Shown: positions 21,421-34,300 of the stretch, piece after piece
Position numbering within the stretch: the stretch's first letter is position 1
How the letters are laid out: every line of letters starts with the position of its first letter
Source of the DNA: Hyaloraphidium curvatum SAG 235-1
Lineage: Eukaryota; Fungi; Monoblepharomycota
Direction: 5' to 3'
DNA length: 64,000 nucleotides
Assembly (NCBI GenBank): GCA_025558095.1
Contig: JAIVFI010000031.1
Coordinates: 508,810 to 572,809 of the forward strand
Translations under genes and position numbers: made by a program
The notes under the pieces: model-generated
Told to the model about the DNA's origin: nothing
Databases searched by the model: none
The model's input: the letters and a program-made list of their open reading frames with translations, nothing else

Positions 21421-24017
21421 ATGACCCGACAATTACTCTTCCCCGCCGCGGCCTTTGTGGTCGCGCTCGCGGCCGCTGCGGCGCCGGCCGCAGGGCAGGC
21501 CCTGTTCGGCGTCCCACCTTTCGCCCCCGACGCGCCGCCCGGCGCCACGCCCGACCCGTGGACCTCGCAGCGCTTCTCGGCAACCGTCGACGCGGCGCTG
21601 CTCGGGGCCGCCGGCCCGCGCGAGATCGCGCTGGACATGTTCGGCCGGCGCGTGGTCGCCGTGAAGGACCGCTCCGAAACCGACGCGAGCACCGGCGCCG
21701 TCTCGTACTTCGGCACCGTCGCCGGGGAGCCCATGTCGTCGGTGGTCTTTGTGGCCGAGCAGGACGGCCGCGTGGCAGGCACCGTGCGCACGATGAACAA
21801 GTCCTACGCCGTGCTGCCCCAGGACTCGTCGATCCACTCGGTCGCCGAGCTGGACGTGCGCGCCTTTCCCGCCGAGGCGCACCCCCTCGTGCCGCAGGAA
21901 GACCTGCCGCCCGTCCCGGCCCGCTTCTGGACCGGGCGCCGGCTCTCCGCGCGCCAGGTCGCCACCATCGACGTGCTCGTGGTCTACACCCCGCAGGCCA
22001 GGGCGGCCGTGGGGGGCACCGCCAACATGGAGGCCCGGATCCGGCTGGCCGTGGCCGAGACCAACCAGGCCTACGCCAACTCCCGGATCAACATGGTCAT
22101 GCGGCTCGCGCACGCGGCCGAGATCGGCTACGGTTCGGGCGGGGACATGTACCAGGACCTGGACAGGCTCACGGCCACCTCGGACGGGTTCATGGATGAG
22201 GTGCACATCCTGCGGGACAACTACGGCGCCGACGTGGTGTCGCTCTGGGTCTCGGTCGGCTCGTACTGCGGCCTCGGTGCGTCCTTCGCCCTCCCCGCCT
22301 GCCCGCTGATCTCACCCGTCACCTCCCTCGCCCCGGCCCCAGGCTGGCTCATGGGGGCCCCCAGCCTCGGCTTCGCCAGCTACGCGTTCAACGTGGTGCA
22401 CTACTCGTGCGCCACGGGCTACTTCTCCTTCGGCCACGAGGTCGGGCACAACATGGGCGCCAACCACGACCGCGCAAACAGCGGCGGCGGCCAGTCGTAC
22501 CCGTACTCGTACGGGTACCAGGAGCCCACGGGGCTGTGGAGGACGATCATGGCGTACGATTGTCCGAAGGGGTGCGCGCGGCTGCAGTACTTTTCGAACC
22601 CGGCCGTGACCTACAACGGGCGCGCCATGGGGATCGACTCGACGCAGGCCAACGGGGCCGACAATGCGCGGACGTTCAACAACCACGCGCAGATCATGGC
22701 CGCCTGGCGCGCGGAGGTGACCAACCCGCGGACCTTTACGACGTGGACGGCCAAGACCACGACGTCGCGCACCCGCACGTCCTCGACGTCGCGCACCTTG
22801 ACAACGTCGACCACTAGGACGGCGTCGACGACCCTGACCACGGTTGGTCCCTCCGCGCTGCGTTCGTTGCTTCCCCGTAGTTAAATCCCCGCATCCAGAC
22901 CTCCCGCACGACCACCACCCTCTCCCCCAACGCCTTCACCCGCTGCGGCGGCTCCTTCCCCATCGAAGACCTCCTCTCCACCAACTCCTCCCTCATCTCC
23001 GACATCCCCACCTCCCTGACCCGCCTCGCGGTGCGGATCGACATGCAGCACACGTACCTCTCGGACATCGAGATCACCCTCGTCCGCGAATCCGACGGCC
23101 TCTCGGCGGTGCTGTACCAGTTTGCCGGCTGCGAGTTCACCGCCTACGAGGGCGCCTCCTTCTCCTTCGACGACGGCGAGCCCGCGCTCCTGGGCGACGC
23201 CTGCGACGGCGGCGGGTTCAGGCCCGCCGAGGGCTTCGCGAGGTTCCTGGGCGGGCCGGCGGGCGGGAAGTGGACGCTGTCGGTGCTGGACGGGTGGCAG
23301 GGGGAGACGGGACAGGTGTACGGGTGGTGCATCGAGGGGGAGGCGGCGCCGGCCTCGTCGACGGCGACCGCGACGACCGAGGCGCGGGCGAGCACCACCG
23401 GGACGGCGAGCACGACGCGGACGACGACGTCGCGGAGCACCTCGAGGACCGAGACCACGGTGGGTTGCATGCCTGCGGTGCCCGATCGCGCGGCTGACGA
23501 TGCCGGTTCCGCCTGCAGTCCAGGACGAGGACGACGTCGACGTCCCGCACCCGTACCACGACTACATCAAAGGTTGGCTTATTCCTCTTCAAGGCGCACG
23601 CTGCAGCCGCTTACCTGCCTTGCCGCCCGGCAGACGCGCACTACGACTACGTCGAACACCCGCACGACGACGACTTCGAAGACCCGCACGACGACGGACA
23701 CGAAGGTGGGCTTCCCGCTGCCAAAGTTTCTGCGAAGGCGCTCACCTTTCCGATCGCAGACGCGCACCTCGACGACGACGAAAACCGCCACCTCCAGCAC
23801 CACCCGCGTCGCGCGGACGACCAGCGCCCCCGCGCAGGACGGTTCGCGGCGCACGACCAGCAGGCCCGCCGCGCTACCTGCCAAGTCCACCACCCGCGGG
23901 CCGGCAGGGGACGCGGTCCGGAGGCCCACGACGCGGAGGGGGAGGAAGGCGACGACGAGGCGCAGGACCACGACGAGGAAGGCGAGGGGGAGGGTGGGGG
24001 CGTTCCAGTGGGGCTGA
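21421..24017 (+). CDS. Secreted reprolysin-like M12B zinc metalloprotease with proprotein-convertase P domain and Thr/Arg-rich tail (copy 1); introns 22277-22342, 22843-22898, 23460-23518, 23573-23633, 23706-23759
   Basis: Signal peptide, IDVLVVYT, YGADVV, HEVGHNMGANHD zinc motif, Met-turn RTIMAY, and P-domain HTYLSDIEITL...GKWTLSVLD. Confidence 0.9.
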
Positions 24018-24584
24018 TTGCACGGGCTGGATGGGGACGACGAGAGAGGAAGGGCCCGCATGGAAGGGGCGTGTATATTCTGGAAACGCTGAACATCTGG
24101 ACATCATCGCAGCGGTCACGGCTACCGGATTTCGCCGTGAGACGTGGACTCACCGCAGTAGTCGGGGCCCCGACGCCCCGATCGGCCACTGACTCGACAT
24201 CGCCGTCGTCCGCCGGCGACCCCGAGGGCTCACGTCCCCTCCTCACTCGGCCACAAGCATGGATTCTGAGGATTCTTGGGGCCGCATGGCGGGTCGATCG
24301 GGGTGGGTTGCTGCCGCGGCGGCCTGACGGACAGGCGGGCGTCCCGAATCGGGCTGTCTCCCACCGACGTCCCCGAAACGCCGCAGAACGCAGTCCGAGG
24401 GCGCCCACGCGGTCCCACAGCGGCGCTTCAATGCCATCCAGTGGCATCACTGCCCGCACCGGGGTCCCGATGCACGCCGTGCATCCCCGTCCCCGCGCAG
24501 ATCGCCAGGGTTCTTGGACCCAGAACCGAGTCAGCGCCCGCCCCTTAGCCGCTCCCCCTGCCACACCCCCCAAACGCAGTAGCC

Positions 24585-25040
24585 ATGCCCCCCGTCAAGC
24601 CGCACCCGCGCAGGGCGTCGCGGCCGTCGCCCTCTGCCTTGCCCGCCCGCGCCGGGGAGGCCCCCGTGGCGCCGAGACCGACGCCCGCCGCTCCGGCCAT
24701 CTGGGTCCTCCTGCCGCTCCCTCCCACGCCTCCGCCGACTACCGCCAACAAGGCGGCATTGCCACGAGCTCCGACGCCCCCGGGGGCGTCCGCCGCCCTC
24801 TTGCCGGCGCATGCCGCGCCACTCCCCGCCGACGGCGTGTTCCTCCCATCCCCCTGCGGCCCGGCGTCGCCGCTGCTTGCCGCTTCGGAGGGGGGCGCGG
24901 GGGACGGGTGGTCGTTGGCCTCCGAGGACGGTACTGGGGGAACGGAAGGGGAGAAAGGGGAGGAGGACAGGGAGGGGGAAGGGTGGGAAGGGTGGCCGTT
25001 TGGGGAGGGGGGGTTCGGGGAGGCGCTCGAGTGGGATTGA
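24585..25040 (+). CDS. Hypothetical Pro-rich protein with acidic/Trp-rich C-terminus
   Basis: ATG ORF in GCCATG context; low complexity, no recognisable domain. Confidence 0.35.
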   Translation: MPPVKPHPRRASRPSPSALPARAGEAPVAPRPTPAAPAIWVLLPLPPTPPPTTANKAALPRAPTPPGASAALLPAHAAPLPADGVFLPSPCGPASPLLAASEGGAGDGWSLASEDGTGGTEGEKGEEDREGEGWEGWPFGEGGFGEALEWD

Positions 25041-25462
25041 TGGCAAATGGAAGGGTCGGGATGGGCTCCAAAGGGCACTTATAAGCAGGCTTGATTGGGT
25101 CGGACGGTCGGCCAAAGCGGGTAGTTAGGGGACGTCCCCAAGGATACCATGAGTCACGTTTGACAAAACACAGTGTTACGCGCTGCAGGGGCGCATAGAT
25201 ACACAGTCCATCCATCAATGAGGGTTGCGATGCCGCAGTAGGTGGTTTTTCGCGGCGGTCCCGGACCGCCTGAACGCAAAACAGTCAGAAGAGTCACTCG
25301 TCCGACGAGGAGTCATTCGCCGACAGTAGGAAGTGTCATCCAGCCGCGTCCTTCCGGGCGACGCGGGGGCACAGAGATAGTCATAGGCAATAGAGCACGC
25401 GACAAGGGCTGCGGCGGAGGGCAGGAGGCAGGCGATGGGCGGCAACGGAGGCAGAGAGCCCA

Positions 25463-26029
25463 TCAAACCGAAGCGGCCTCGATGTCGAGGTACTCGTCGA
25501 ACGCCCACGGCGCATCGGCCTCGGGGGCAAACAGCGGCACCCCCCGCGCGTCCTCGACGTCCAGGGGCGACATCAGGTCCACGATCTCGGCGAACAGCGA
25601 GTCGCCCCTGACGGGGGTCCCCGAGGCCAGCAGTGGGGCATCGGCCCACAGGTCGTGCTCAAAGTCGGCCAGCGCCGAGGAGGGCGATGGAGGGACCTCC
25701 GACAGCGCGAGGTCGGGCAGGTCGATGTCCGACGTGGGAGAGCCCTGCGAAAGCGGGGTCCACACTGGCGCGGGCGGGTCGGGGTCCGCGGCCGCCGGGG
25801 CCGGCGGGGCCGTGCGGGGCGCCGCACCCGGCGCAGTCCACTCGGTGGTCGCGTCCCACAGCACCGCGCGCGTCGGAAACACGATGTTGGCGAGCGACGG
25901 CGAGCGGCCGGCGGGCGGCGGGCTCGATTGAGAGAGCGCGCGCGCGCGCCGCGGCGACGGCGGAGGGGCGCGCCCGCGGGCGGGCGACGACCGCATGCGG
26001 CGCGCGGGCGAGGGCGGCGAGCGGGCCAT
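25463..26029 (-). CDS. Hypothetical protein with basic SP-rich N-terminus and acidic-aromatic C-terminus
   Basis: ATG ORF in GCCATG context, ending WAFDEYLDIEAASV. Confidence 0.4.
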   Translation of the reverse strand: MARSPPSPARRMRSSPARGRAPPPSPRRARALSQSSPPPAGRSPSLANIVFPTRAVLWDATTEWTAPGAAPRTAPPAPAAADPDPPAPVWTPLSQGSPTSDIDLPDLALSEVPPSPSSALADFEHDLWADAPLLASGTPVRGDSLFAEIVDLMSPLDVEDARGVPLFAPEADAPWAFDEYLDIEAASV

Positions 26030-26811
26030 GGCTGCCGGAGGTGGGATGGGACGTCCCCGGTGAATGCGAGTTCGGAGGGAAGTGAGGGGCTGGTCCCTAG
26101 CTCGCCGACCATGTGCTTTCCACGCCGAAAGTTCGACCCCAATCACGCGGGCGCCGCCTCCGGACTCCCAAATAGAGCCTCCAGGCACGTTCCGCCGGCC
26201 GGATGGACACCTTCGGCGCCGCCCTGGCCCCGCCCCGGTCCCCGATTGCTCGTTTGTCTCCCCCGGCGCCTGAACTGGCCAGCGGCCTGGGCCCTACCAG
26301 CACAGCGATCGCGCTCCCCTGGAATCGCACGTATCTCCGTCCCCATCGCACACCGGGTCTCCGCACCAGCACATCGTGGGTATGCAAATCAGATCCAAGA
26401 TTCTCCGGTCACGGATGGCTCCCTGCGCCGGGGTTGAGTCCCCGCCTGGTTCGGAGACCGCCCCGCCGGCTTCCCGCCTCGCCGACCTGCCGCATTGCCG
26501 CTACTCTCTTCTGTTCCCCCGGCGACTCCTCCGGCACCCGACGACCCTCTCGGCCCTGCGCATCCGATGGCCGGCAAGGGGCCTGCGCCCCGCGGCAGAT
26601 AGACTTAGCGCGTTCGGGTCTTCCGGGACGCTCCGAAAGGCTGCGGCTGGCCGGCCGCCGGCCGGCCACCAAAAAGCCGCGCTCCGACGCTCCGACCGAT
26701 CGATCCGATGCGCGATGCGATGCCAAGTGCTCAGCATTTCCAGGGTATCCCTCACATGGGCCCGGATCCTCCGGCCCTCTAGCTCTCTCCCGCACCCATC
26801 CCGCCCCGCGC

Positions 26812-29552
26812 TCATCCCCACTGCAACGCCGCCACCCTCCTCCTCGCCCCCCGCGTCGTCGTCCTCCGCCTCGTCGTCTTCCTCCTCACCCGCCGCGTGG
26901 TAGCCCTGGCGTCCGCCGCCGGGGCACGCGTGGTCTTTTTTGCGGGGAGCACGGCGGCGCCCTTGCGCGTGGTGGCCTTGGACACGTCCCGCGCGGGGAC
27001 CGAGGTGGTCCAGCGGCCTTTGCGCGTGGTGCGCACGGTGGTCGTGCGGGTGGTGCGGGTGGTGCTGGTGGTTTTCGTCTGCGGATGGGAGGATGAACAT
27101 CGTTGAAGCCCGCACATGCATGGCAAAGCATACCTTCGTGTCCGTCGCGGTGCGGGTCTTCGTCGTCGTTTTCGTGCGGGTCTTGGTGTCCGTGGTCGTG
27201 CGCGTCTGCCGGACGGCAAGTTAGGTGAACGGCCGCCGCTGCGCGCCCCACGAAGAAGCCCACCTTTGTGTCCGTGGTCGTGCGCGTGTTGGAAGTCGTC
27301 GACGTCGTTTGCGTGCGAGTCTAAGGGGGGGGGGGGACGGGAATGGCACCGTCAGCTTGCGATCGGGCCCGTGGAACCAGACAACCAACCGCGGTCTCGG
27401 TCCTAGTGCGGCTCGCAGTCTCGGTCCTAGTGCGGCTCGCGGTCTCGGTTCTAGTGCGGCTCTGCGACGTCGTCGACGCCGTCTGCGTCGCCGATGCGGT
27501 CTCGGTGCTGCTCTGCGCCGGCGCTGTGGTGGTGGGCGCGGGCTGGGTCGTGCTCGCAGCCCGAACGGTCGTGCTCGCCGCCGGGACAGTCGTGCTCCTC
27601 GCAGGCGCCGTGGTGCTCTGCGCCGGCACCGTCGTGCTCTCGGCACCTCCGGCCGTCGACGTGGCCGGCGCCGCCTCGCCCACCATGCACCAGCCGAACA
27701 CGGTCCCCGTGTCCTGGCTCCACGAGTCCAGCACCGACAGTGTCCACCTCCCCGCGGCCGGGGCGCCCAGGAACCGCGACAGCGCGTCAAGCGGCTTGAA
27801 CACGGTGCCGGTGCAGCTCGTCCCCAGCGGTGCCGATGCCGCGTCGTCAAAGGCAAAGGTGACCCGGGTGGTGGCGTACGGGATGCACCCGGCGCTGCGG
27901 TACAGCACGGCGGCCAGGCCGTCCGAGGCGCGGGTGAGGGTGATGGTGAGGTCTGAGAGATACGTGTGCTGCATGTCGAGCTGGACCGAGAGGCGGGTGA
28001 GCGGGGAGGCGAGGTCCGCGTCGAGGGTGCTGTTGCGCGAGCCGAGGTCGACGATGGGGAAGGAGCCGCCGCAGCGGACGAAGCCGTTGGCGGGGATGGT
28101 GGTCGTCGTGCGCGAGGTCTGCATGCAGATGCGTTAGGAGGGGAGGCAAGGGGTCGCGGCGGGAGCGTACCGTGCTCCGGGTCGTCGAAGTCGTCCGGGT
28201 GCGCGAGGTCGTGGTCGTGGGGGTCTTTACCGTCCACGTCGTCACCGTCTGCGGGCTGGTCACTTCGGCACGCCACGCGGCCATGATCTGCGCGTGGTTG
28301 TTGAAGGTCCGCGCGACGTCGGCGCTGTTGGCGAGGGTCGAGTCCACGCCCATGGCGCGCCCGTTGTAGGTAACCTCGGGGTTGGAAAAGTACTGCAGCC
28401 GGGTGCACCCGTTGGGACAGTCGTACGCCATGATGGTCCTCCACAGGCCCGAGGGCTCCTGGTACCCGTACGAGTAGGGGTACGAGCCGCCGCCGCCGCC
28501 GCTGTTTGCGCGGTCGTGGTTGGCGCCCATGTTGTGGCCGATCTCGTGGCCGAAGGTGAAGTAGCCCGTGGCGCACGAGTAGTGCACGACGTTGAAGGCC
28601 CAGCCGGCAAAGTCCAGGCTCGGGGTGCCCATGAGCCAGCCTGCGGGAACGGAGAGGGTTAAGAGTTGGTGCATTTGCCAGCAGGTCCAGACGAACCGAT
28701 GCCGCAGTAGGCGCCGACCGAGGTCCACAGCGAGACGACGTCGGCGCCGTAGTTGTTGCGCAGGATGTGCACCTCGTCCATGTACCCGTCAGAGACGGCG
28801 GTGAGCCGGTCCAGGTCCTGACCCATGTCGTTGGCCACGTAATTTATCTCCTGCATGTACGCCAGCCGCATGACCATGTTGATGCGGGAGTTGGCGTAGG
28901 CCTGGTTGGTCTCGGCCACGGCCAGCCGGATCCGGGCCTCGATGTTGGCGGTGCCGCCGACCGCCATCCTGACCTGCGGGGTATACACGACGAGGATGTC
29001 TATGGTGGCGACCTGGCGCGCGGCCAGCCGGCGCTCGGTCCAGAAGCGCGCCGGGACTGGCGGCAAGTCCGCCTTCGGCACCTGAGGGTGCGCCTCGGCG
29101 GGGAAGGCGCGCACGTCGAGCTCGGCGACCGAGTGGATCGTGTCGTCCTGCGGCAGAACGGTGTACGACTTGTTCATCGTCCGCACGGTGCCCGCCACGC
29201 GGCCGTCCTGCTCGGCGACAAAGACCACCGATGACATCGGCTCCCCGGCGACGGTGCCGAAGTACGAGACGGCGCCGGTGCTCGGGTCGGTTTCGGAGCG
29301 GTCCTTCACCGCCACGACGCGGCGCCCGAACATGTCCAGCGCGATCTCGCGCGGGCCGGCCGCCCCGAGCAGCGCCGCGTCGACGGTTGCCGAGAAGCGC
29401 TGCGAGGTCCACGGATCGGGCCTGGCGCCGGGTGCGGGGTCGGGGGCGAAGGCCGGGACGCCAAAGAGCGCCTGCCCGGCTGCGGGCGCCGCCGCCGCCG
29501 CCGCGAGCGCGACCACGAAGGCCGCGACGGGGAAGAGTCTTTGTCGGGTCAT
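26812..29552 (-). CDS. Secreted M12B metalloprotease with P domain and Thr-rich tail (copy 2, inverted paralog of 21421..24017), multi-intron
   Basis: Near-identical N-terminal exon, HEIGHNMGANHD, RTIMAY, HTYLSDLTITL, GRWTLSVLD, and the same QWG* end. Confidence 0.9.
27391..27462 (-). repeat. 3 x 24-bp coding tandem repeat (SRTRTETA)
   Basis: GCGGTCTCGGTCCTAGTGCGGCTC repeated three times with one mismatch each in copies 2 and 3. Confidence 0.85.
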
Positions 29553-30135
29553 TGGAGGTTCAAGACAAGGTTCCGAAGGCGAAAAAGGTATCCCCTTGAC
29601 GGCAAGCACTGGTTCGTCAGCAGCCTTGACGGCTGGAGATGCCGCAGTTAGGGACTGGCTGTGCTCGAACCTTTGCTCGGAGGCCCCGCGTGCGGGGGTT
29701 TTTCGTGGAGCAGCCAACAGTGATGCTCAGTCTGGCTCCGGATCACCGGCAACCTGTCAGGTGTGGTCGTCGTGGCGCCGGGGTTGGTTTCGCGTCCCTG
29801 GGACGCTCGGTCCAGGCCGTAGGCGGTCCGCCGTTCCGATGCCGCCCGGCGCGCTCACTCAAAGAACTTACTCACATCGCCGCACTCAACCTTCTCAAAA
29901 GGTTTCACTGGGAGCATGATACGTAGCGGACCCGGCCGGACCTCGCCCGTGGGCATCCTCCGGTCTTGTGACGGCGCAAAAGGTCCAAAGGCAAGGTGAC
30001 GATCCGATGGAACGATTTCTTAGCGGTGGCGAACTGTCTGAATCGACCTTGTAGTATCGTAGCACGGCCTGACCGCCCTAGCACAATGTCCACGACCCGT
30101 TTGTCTGCCTGATTCAACCCGGTTGACCGTCCGAA

Positions 30136-31133
30136 TCACGCCCTCGACTCCCACGCCTTCCTCCAGAAAGACCTGCCACGCTCGGAACCGCCCTCGGCGA
30201 CAAACTCCTCGAGATTCTCCGCCTCCTTGATCGCTTCCCTGGCCAGCTTCGCCTCCTCCTTCCCGTGCGGCACGTGCGCGTTGAGCAGCTGCAGTGCGCG
30301 GACGGACTTGGGCACACCGAGGGCGATCAGCTCCGCCGGATCCCAGAAGTCGACCTCGAGCTCCTCGAAGGAAGAAAGAAGGAGGGGGGGGGGGAGAGGG
30401 AAGGGGGGGGGGGGGGGGGGGGGGGGGGCAGCGTGCTGACCTCGCTTTCCACGGAGCGGATGAGGGAGGCGAGGCGGGGGTAGGCGCCGATGTCGAAGCA
30501 TCCCAGGCCGTCACTTGCGAAGTGGACCTCGGCGAGGCAGGGGAGGCCTTCGATCTGCCTGAGCAAGGGGGCGACCTCCCGGGCGGCCTGGTCGCTCCTG
30601 TCGTCCCCGTAAGACATTTCAAACTTGATCTTGAGGTATTCGAGCGAAGCAGGGGGGTGGAGTGCACCGCACACTCGATCCCGGCCCGAGTCGATCGCCA
30701 CGTCGAGCACCTTGAGGTTGCCGAGCGCCCCGATCGCGCGCACCGCCCGCTCAACGAGCCCGTCTTTGCCCGAAAAGAACTCGATGGAAAGAGTCTCGAG
30801 GTTCTTGCAGCCCCCCAGGATCCGGACTTCGGCCTCAATGAGCTCGTAACCGCCGCCAACGCCCCGCAGCTCCTTGGTCGCCTCGAACTTGCCCAGCTCC
30901 AGCGCGTCGGCGCTCATGGCTTCGACCTTTTCCTTGGCCACTCTAAAGACGGTGTCGCTGCTTCCGAGGTCGATACGACGGTAAAGCTTTGGCACGACGG
31001 CGACCAGGAGGGCGCGGCAGCTGGACCCGAGGCGGAGCAGCGAGCCGAGCCGCTTCCTGGCCGCGAGGTGGTCGATGACCAGGTCGAAAGCGGTGAGCAT
31101 CGAGAAGGACATGGGCTGCTGGTGTTCGGCCAT
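30136..31133 (-). CDS. F-box-like / LRR-like protein; probable intron 30364-30440 spanning a poly-C tract
   Basis: LVIDHL...LLRLGSSCRALL...PKLYRRIDL is F-box-like. LRR-like CKNLETLSI, NLKVLDV and SLEYLKI follow. A phase-0 join ESE|ELEVDFW is possible. Confidence 0.55.
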
Positions 31134-31385
31134 CGTTGTGTGTGGATGGGTTGACATCGTGGCGATGGCGATAGCGGGGCTTCCCGCACGCAACCACACC
31201 ATGAAGTGCAGTCATGAAATCGGCCCTTGAACCTCTTCTAATCAAGTATCCTCTCACTCGGTGCTGCTTTCCCAAGAATAAGGAAGCTTGGCGGAATAGG
31301 AAGCGGAAGCGCAATGGCGAATATCGATGAATGCATTGCAAATGATCAGAGCAAACGAAATACAATTGAATGAACCCAGCGTCGT

Positions 31386-34300
31386 CTATGAAACCATCCT
31401 GTGCATCTTGAGCTTTAGCAGGCCGTAGTACACCAACCTCGTGGCCACCGTGATCGCCACTAGCACCCCCAGGTTGACCCCCAGGTTCACGTCGGCCAGG
31501 TCCAGCGTGTTCAGCACCTGCTCCCCCGTGGAGATGATGCAGGTGCCGTTGGGGTAGGCCTGATCGGGGGTGGGGGCGCAGGAGAAGGTGGCGCCGGTGA
31601 ACTCGAGGTTGGTGAGGACGGGGATGCCCCAGCGGAGGGGGCTTATGTACTGCGGGTCGAAAGGTCAGGGCCCCGTTGGGCGGGGTTGCGGGCGCGGAAC
31701 CCACGTTGATATAGTACAGGAAGGCGGGGATCGACTGCGCGCCGATACCGCTCATCATGATAAACACCGAGTTGATGGCCGAGGCGACGACCAGGCCCAG
31801 ACCGATGTCCTGCGGAGAAAACATCAGATCGGGCGGCGGTTCCCGGTTCCCGCACGCAAGCAACCCACGTCCACGAGGGTGAGGATCGACAGCCCGATGC
31901 TGGTCCCGCAGATGAGGAAGCACGTCGTCACGAGCAGGTTGGCCGCGAACGCCGCGCCGAACCCGATCTGCATCCCCGTCGCCGTGGTCCCGAGGAGCAC
32001 CCAGAGCAGCGCGCCGCCGACCATGAAGGGCAGCTGCACGACGAGCTGGGTGAAGGTGAAGGATTCGACGCTTGTGACGCCGTCGGCGTACTCCCGCGTG
32101 AAGAAGGCACGGTCGGGAGGGTAGTGCGCGGCTGAGCCGAGAAGGCCCATGAAAAGAAGGGAGGGAATGCTGAACGGAAAGTCAGTCTGGTGGAGAAAGC
32201 GCGAGCGTCGGAGACCTTACTTGAATAGCAGGCCCAGAGTCTGCAAGGCGGCAGGTAGGTGAGCGATTGCACAACCACACAGGACCCGAAGCACCAACGT
32301 TCTGCACCGATTCAAAGTTCGCGACACGGATCGAGTTCTGGTAGAAGACGAGGGTGACGAGGGCGAAGCCGCCCGGCATGACGAGAAAGTCGATCGGTTC
32401 GGCGGGTTTCCTGCGGAAGTTGCGCATCGTGCGGGCGTAGAGCACCGGCACGCTCTTGAAGAACGGCGTGCGGTGCTTGATCTCGGCCGTGTCGACGGCC
32501 TTCGCGCTCGCCGGCCCGTCCACCGCCGTTTCGGCAACGGAGCGGGCACCGAACGACTCGGCCGCCGCCACCCGGTACGACTCGACGATCCCCGCCACGC
32601 GGGCGCGGGACTCTGCCTCCGCGGCGTGGTTCCGCAGGTCCACGCTCGATAGGTCGATGACGTAGTCGGCGGGCTGGACGAACTCGGGGATGGAGAAGCC
32701 GAGGCGTTCGAAAAAGGGGACCATCTCAGTGCGGGGGCCGGCGTAGGCGACCTCGCCGCCGCGGGAGAGCAGGAGCACGTTGTCGAACTGGTTGAAGGCC
32801 TCGGGGCGCGAGGTCTGCTGCGAAGTGAGGATGACTGCGGGCATCGTCGATCATCAGTCACCGACGCCTCGAAGACATTCGCGAGGCGTCACCTGTCCTT
32901 CCAGTGTCGGCGATCTTGCGCAGCACGGTGATGACGGTCAAGGCTGCGGAGCTGTCCAAGCCCGTAGCCGGTTCGTCGAGGCAGAGCACTGCGACCTCCT
33001 CCTCCAGGATGCCCAGGGCAATGCAGACCCTCCGCTGCTCGCCGCCGCTGATCCCCTTGAGGTTCGCGTCGCCGACGAGGGTATTGGCGCAATCCGAGAG
33101 GCCGAGAGTGCGGATCACGTTCTCGATGCGCTCGCGGCGCTGCTCCTCCGTCATGTTGTACAGCCGTAACTTGGCCGAGAACATGAGGGTTTCGCGCACG
33201 GTGAGGGTCGGGTAGAGGTTGTCGTTCTCCTTGCGGACGTAGGATGCGTAGCGCACGACGACGCCCGAGCTCGGGTTGCGCACCGTGCCGAAGCTGACGT
33301 TGCCCGTGCGGGCGGTCTTGGTGGACAAGCTCGCGCCAGGCTTGACGTTGCATATCGCGTTGAGCACGCTCGTCTGTGGCGGCTAAGTTAGAGCCACGAG
33401 CGCTTGCGGCGGTCCGTGCAGCCGTACCTTTCCGCTGCCGCCAGAGCCCATAATCACGGTGATCTTGCCGGGCTCGAACGCCATGGTGATGCTCCGCAGG
33501 ATCTGCTTGCGCTGCGACTTGAGCGTTATCCCGACCGATTGCACCTCGAGCGCCAGGTTCTCGGCTAGAATGTGGACCTGGTGTTCCTCCGCCAGCGTGC
33601 GGTGGCCGAGGTCCGTGCCGATCTTGACCGCGACCTCCCCGTCGGCTGCAGCACCGTCCTCCCCTTCGAACCGCACCGCGTGCGTCTCGGCGGCAACGAC
33701 GCCCGCGGTCACGGGCTCCTTGGTGACAAGCAGCAGGGCGGCGCAGGCGGCCAAAACCCAACCAATGACGGAGGCCGCGCTGAGCCCGATGAGCGAGGCG
33801 AGGTTCGTGTTGGGGTCGAAGCCGAACTGCTGGATGATGATGTCGCCGCTGTATGCCGCGCACTGCGCGTTGCCCGGGGGGTAGGGGCAGTCCAGCATGC
33901 GCCCGCGGTACTGCGAGATGTACATCATCTGGTACGCGTAGTAGGTCGTGACGATGTATCGGGTCCAGGCAATCCAAACGGGCATGGTGGAGATAACCAT
34001 ATTGAAGCCCATGGCGTAGTTGGGGATCATGGCGAGCGAGTTGGCGGTCACGGACGCCGTGTTGAACTGCCGGGTGAGGGCGACGCACAGGAAGGCGATG
34101 CTCCAGTAGCCGAACACGGTGGAGACCTGCGCGGCAAAGGCCCTGGCACGCAATGTTCATCAGACCACCTGAGGCCCTCGGCAACAGCAACGAGAATAAC
34201 CAACCACCCAAATTGCCCTGCCCGGAGGCCAGCCATGGCGTACACCACACCCGAGTAGATCAACGGGCAGACGACGAAGAACGGAAGATGGCACAGCATG

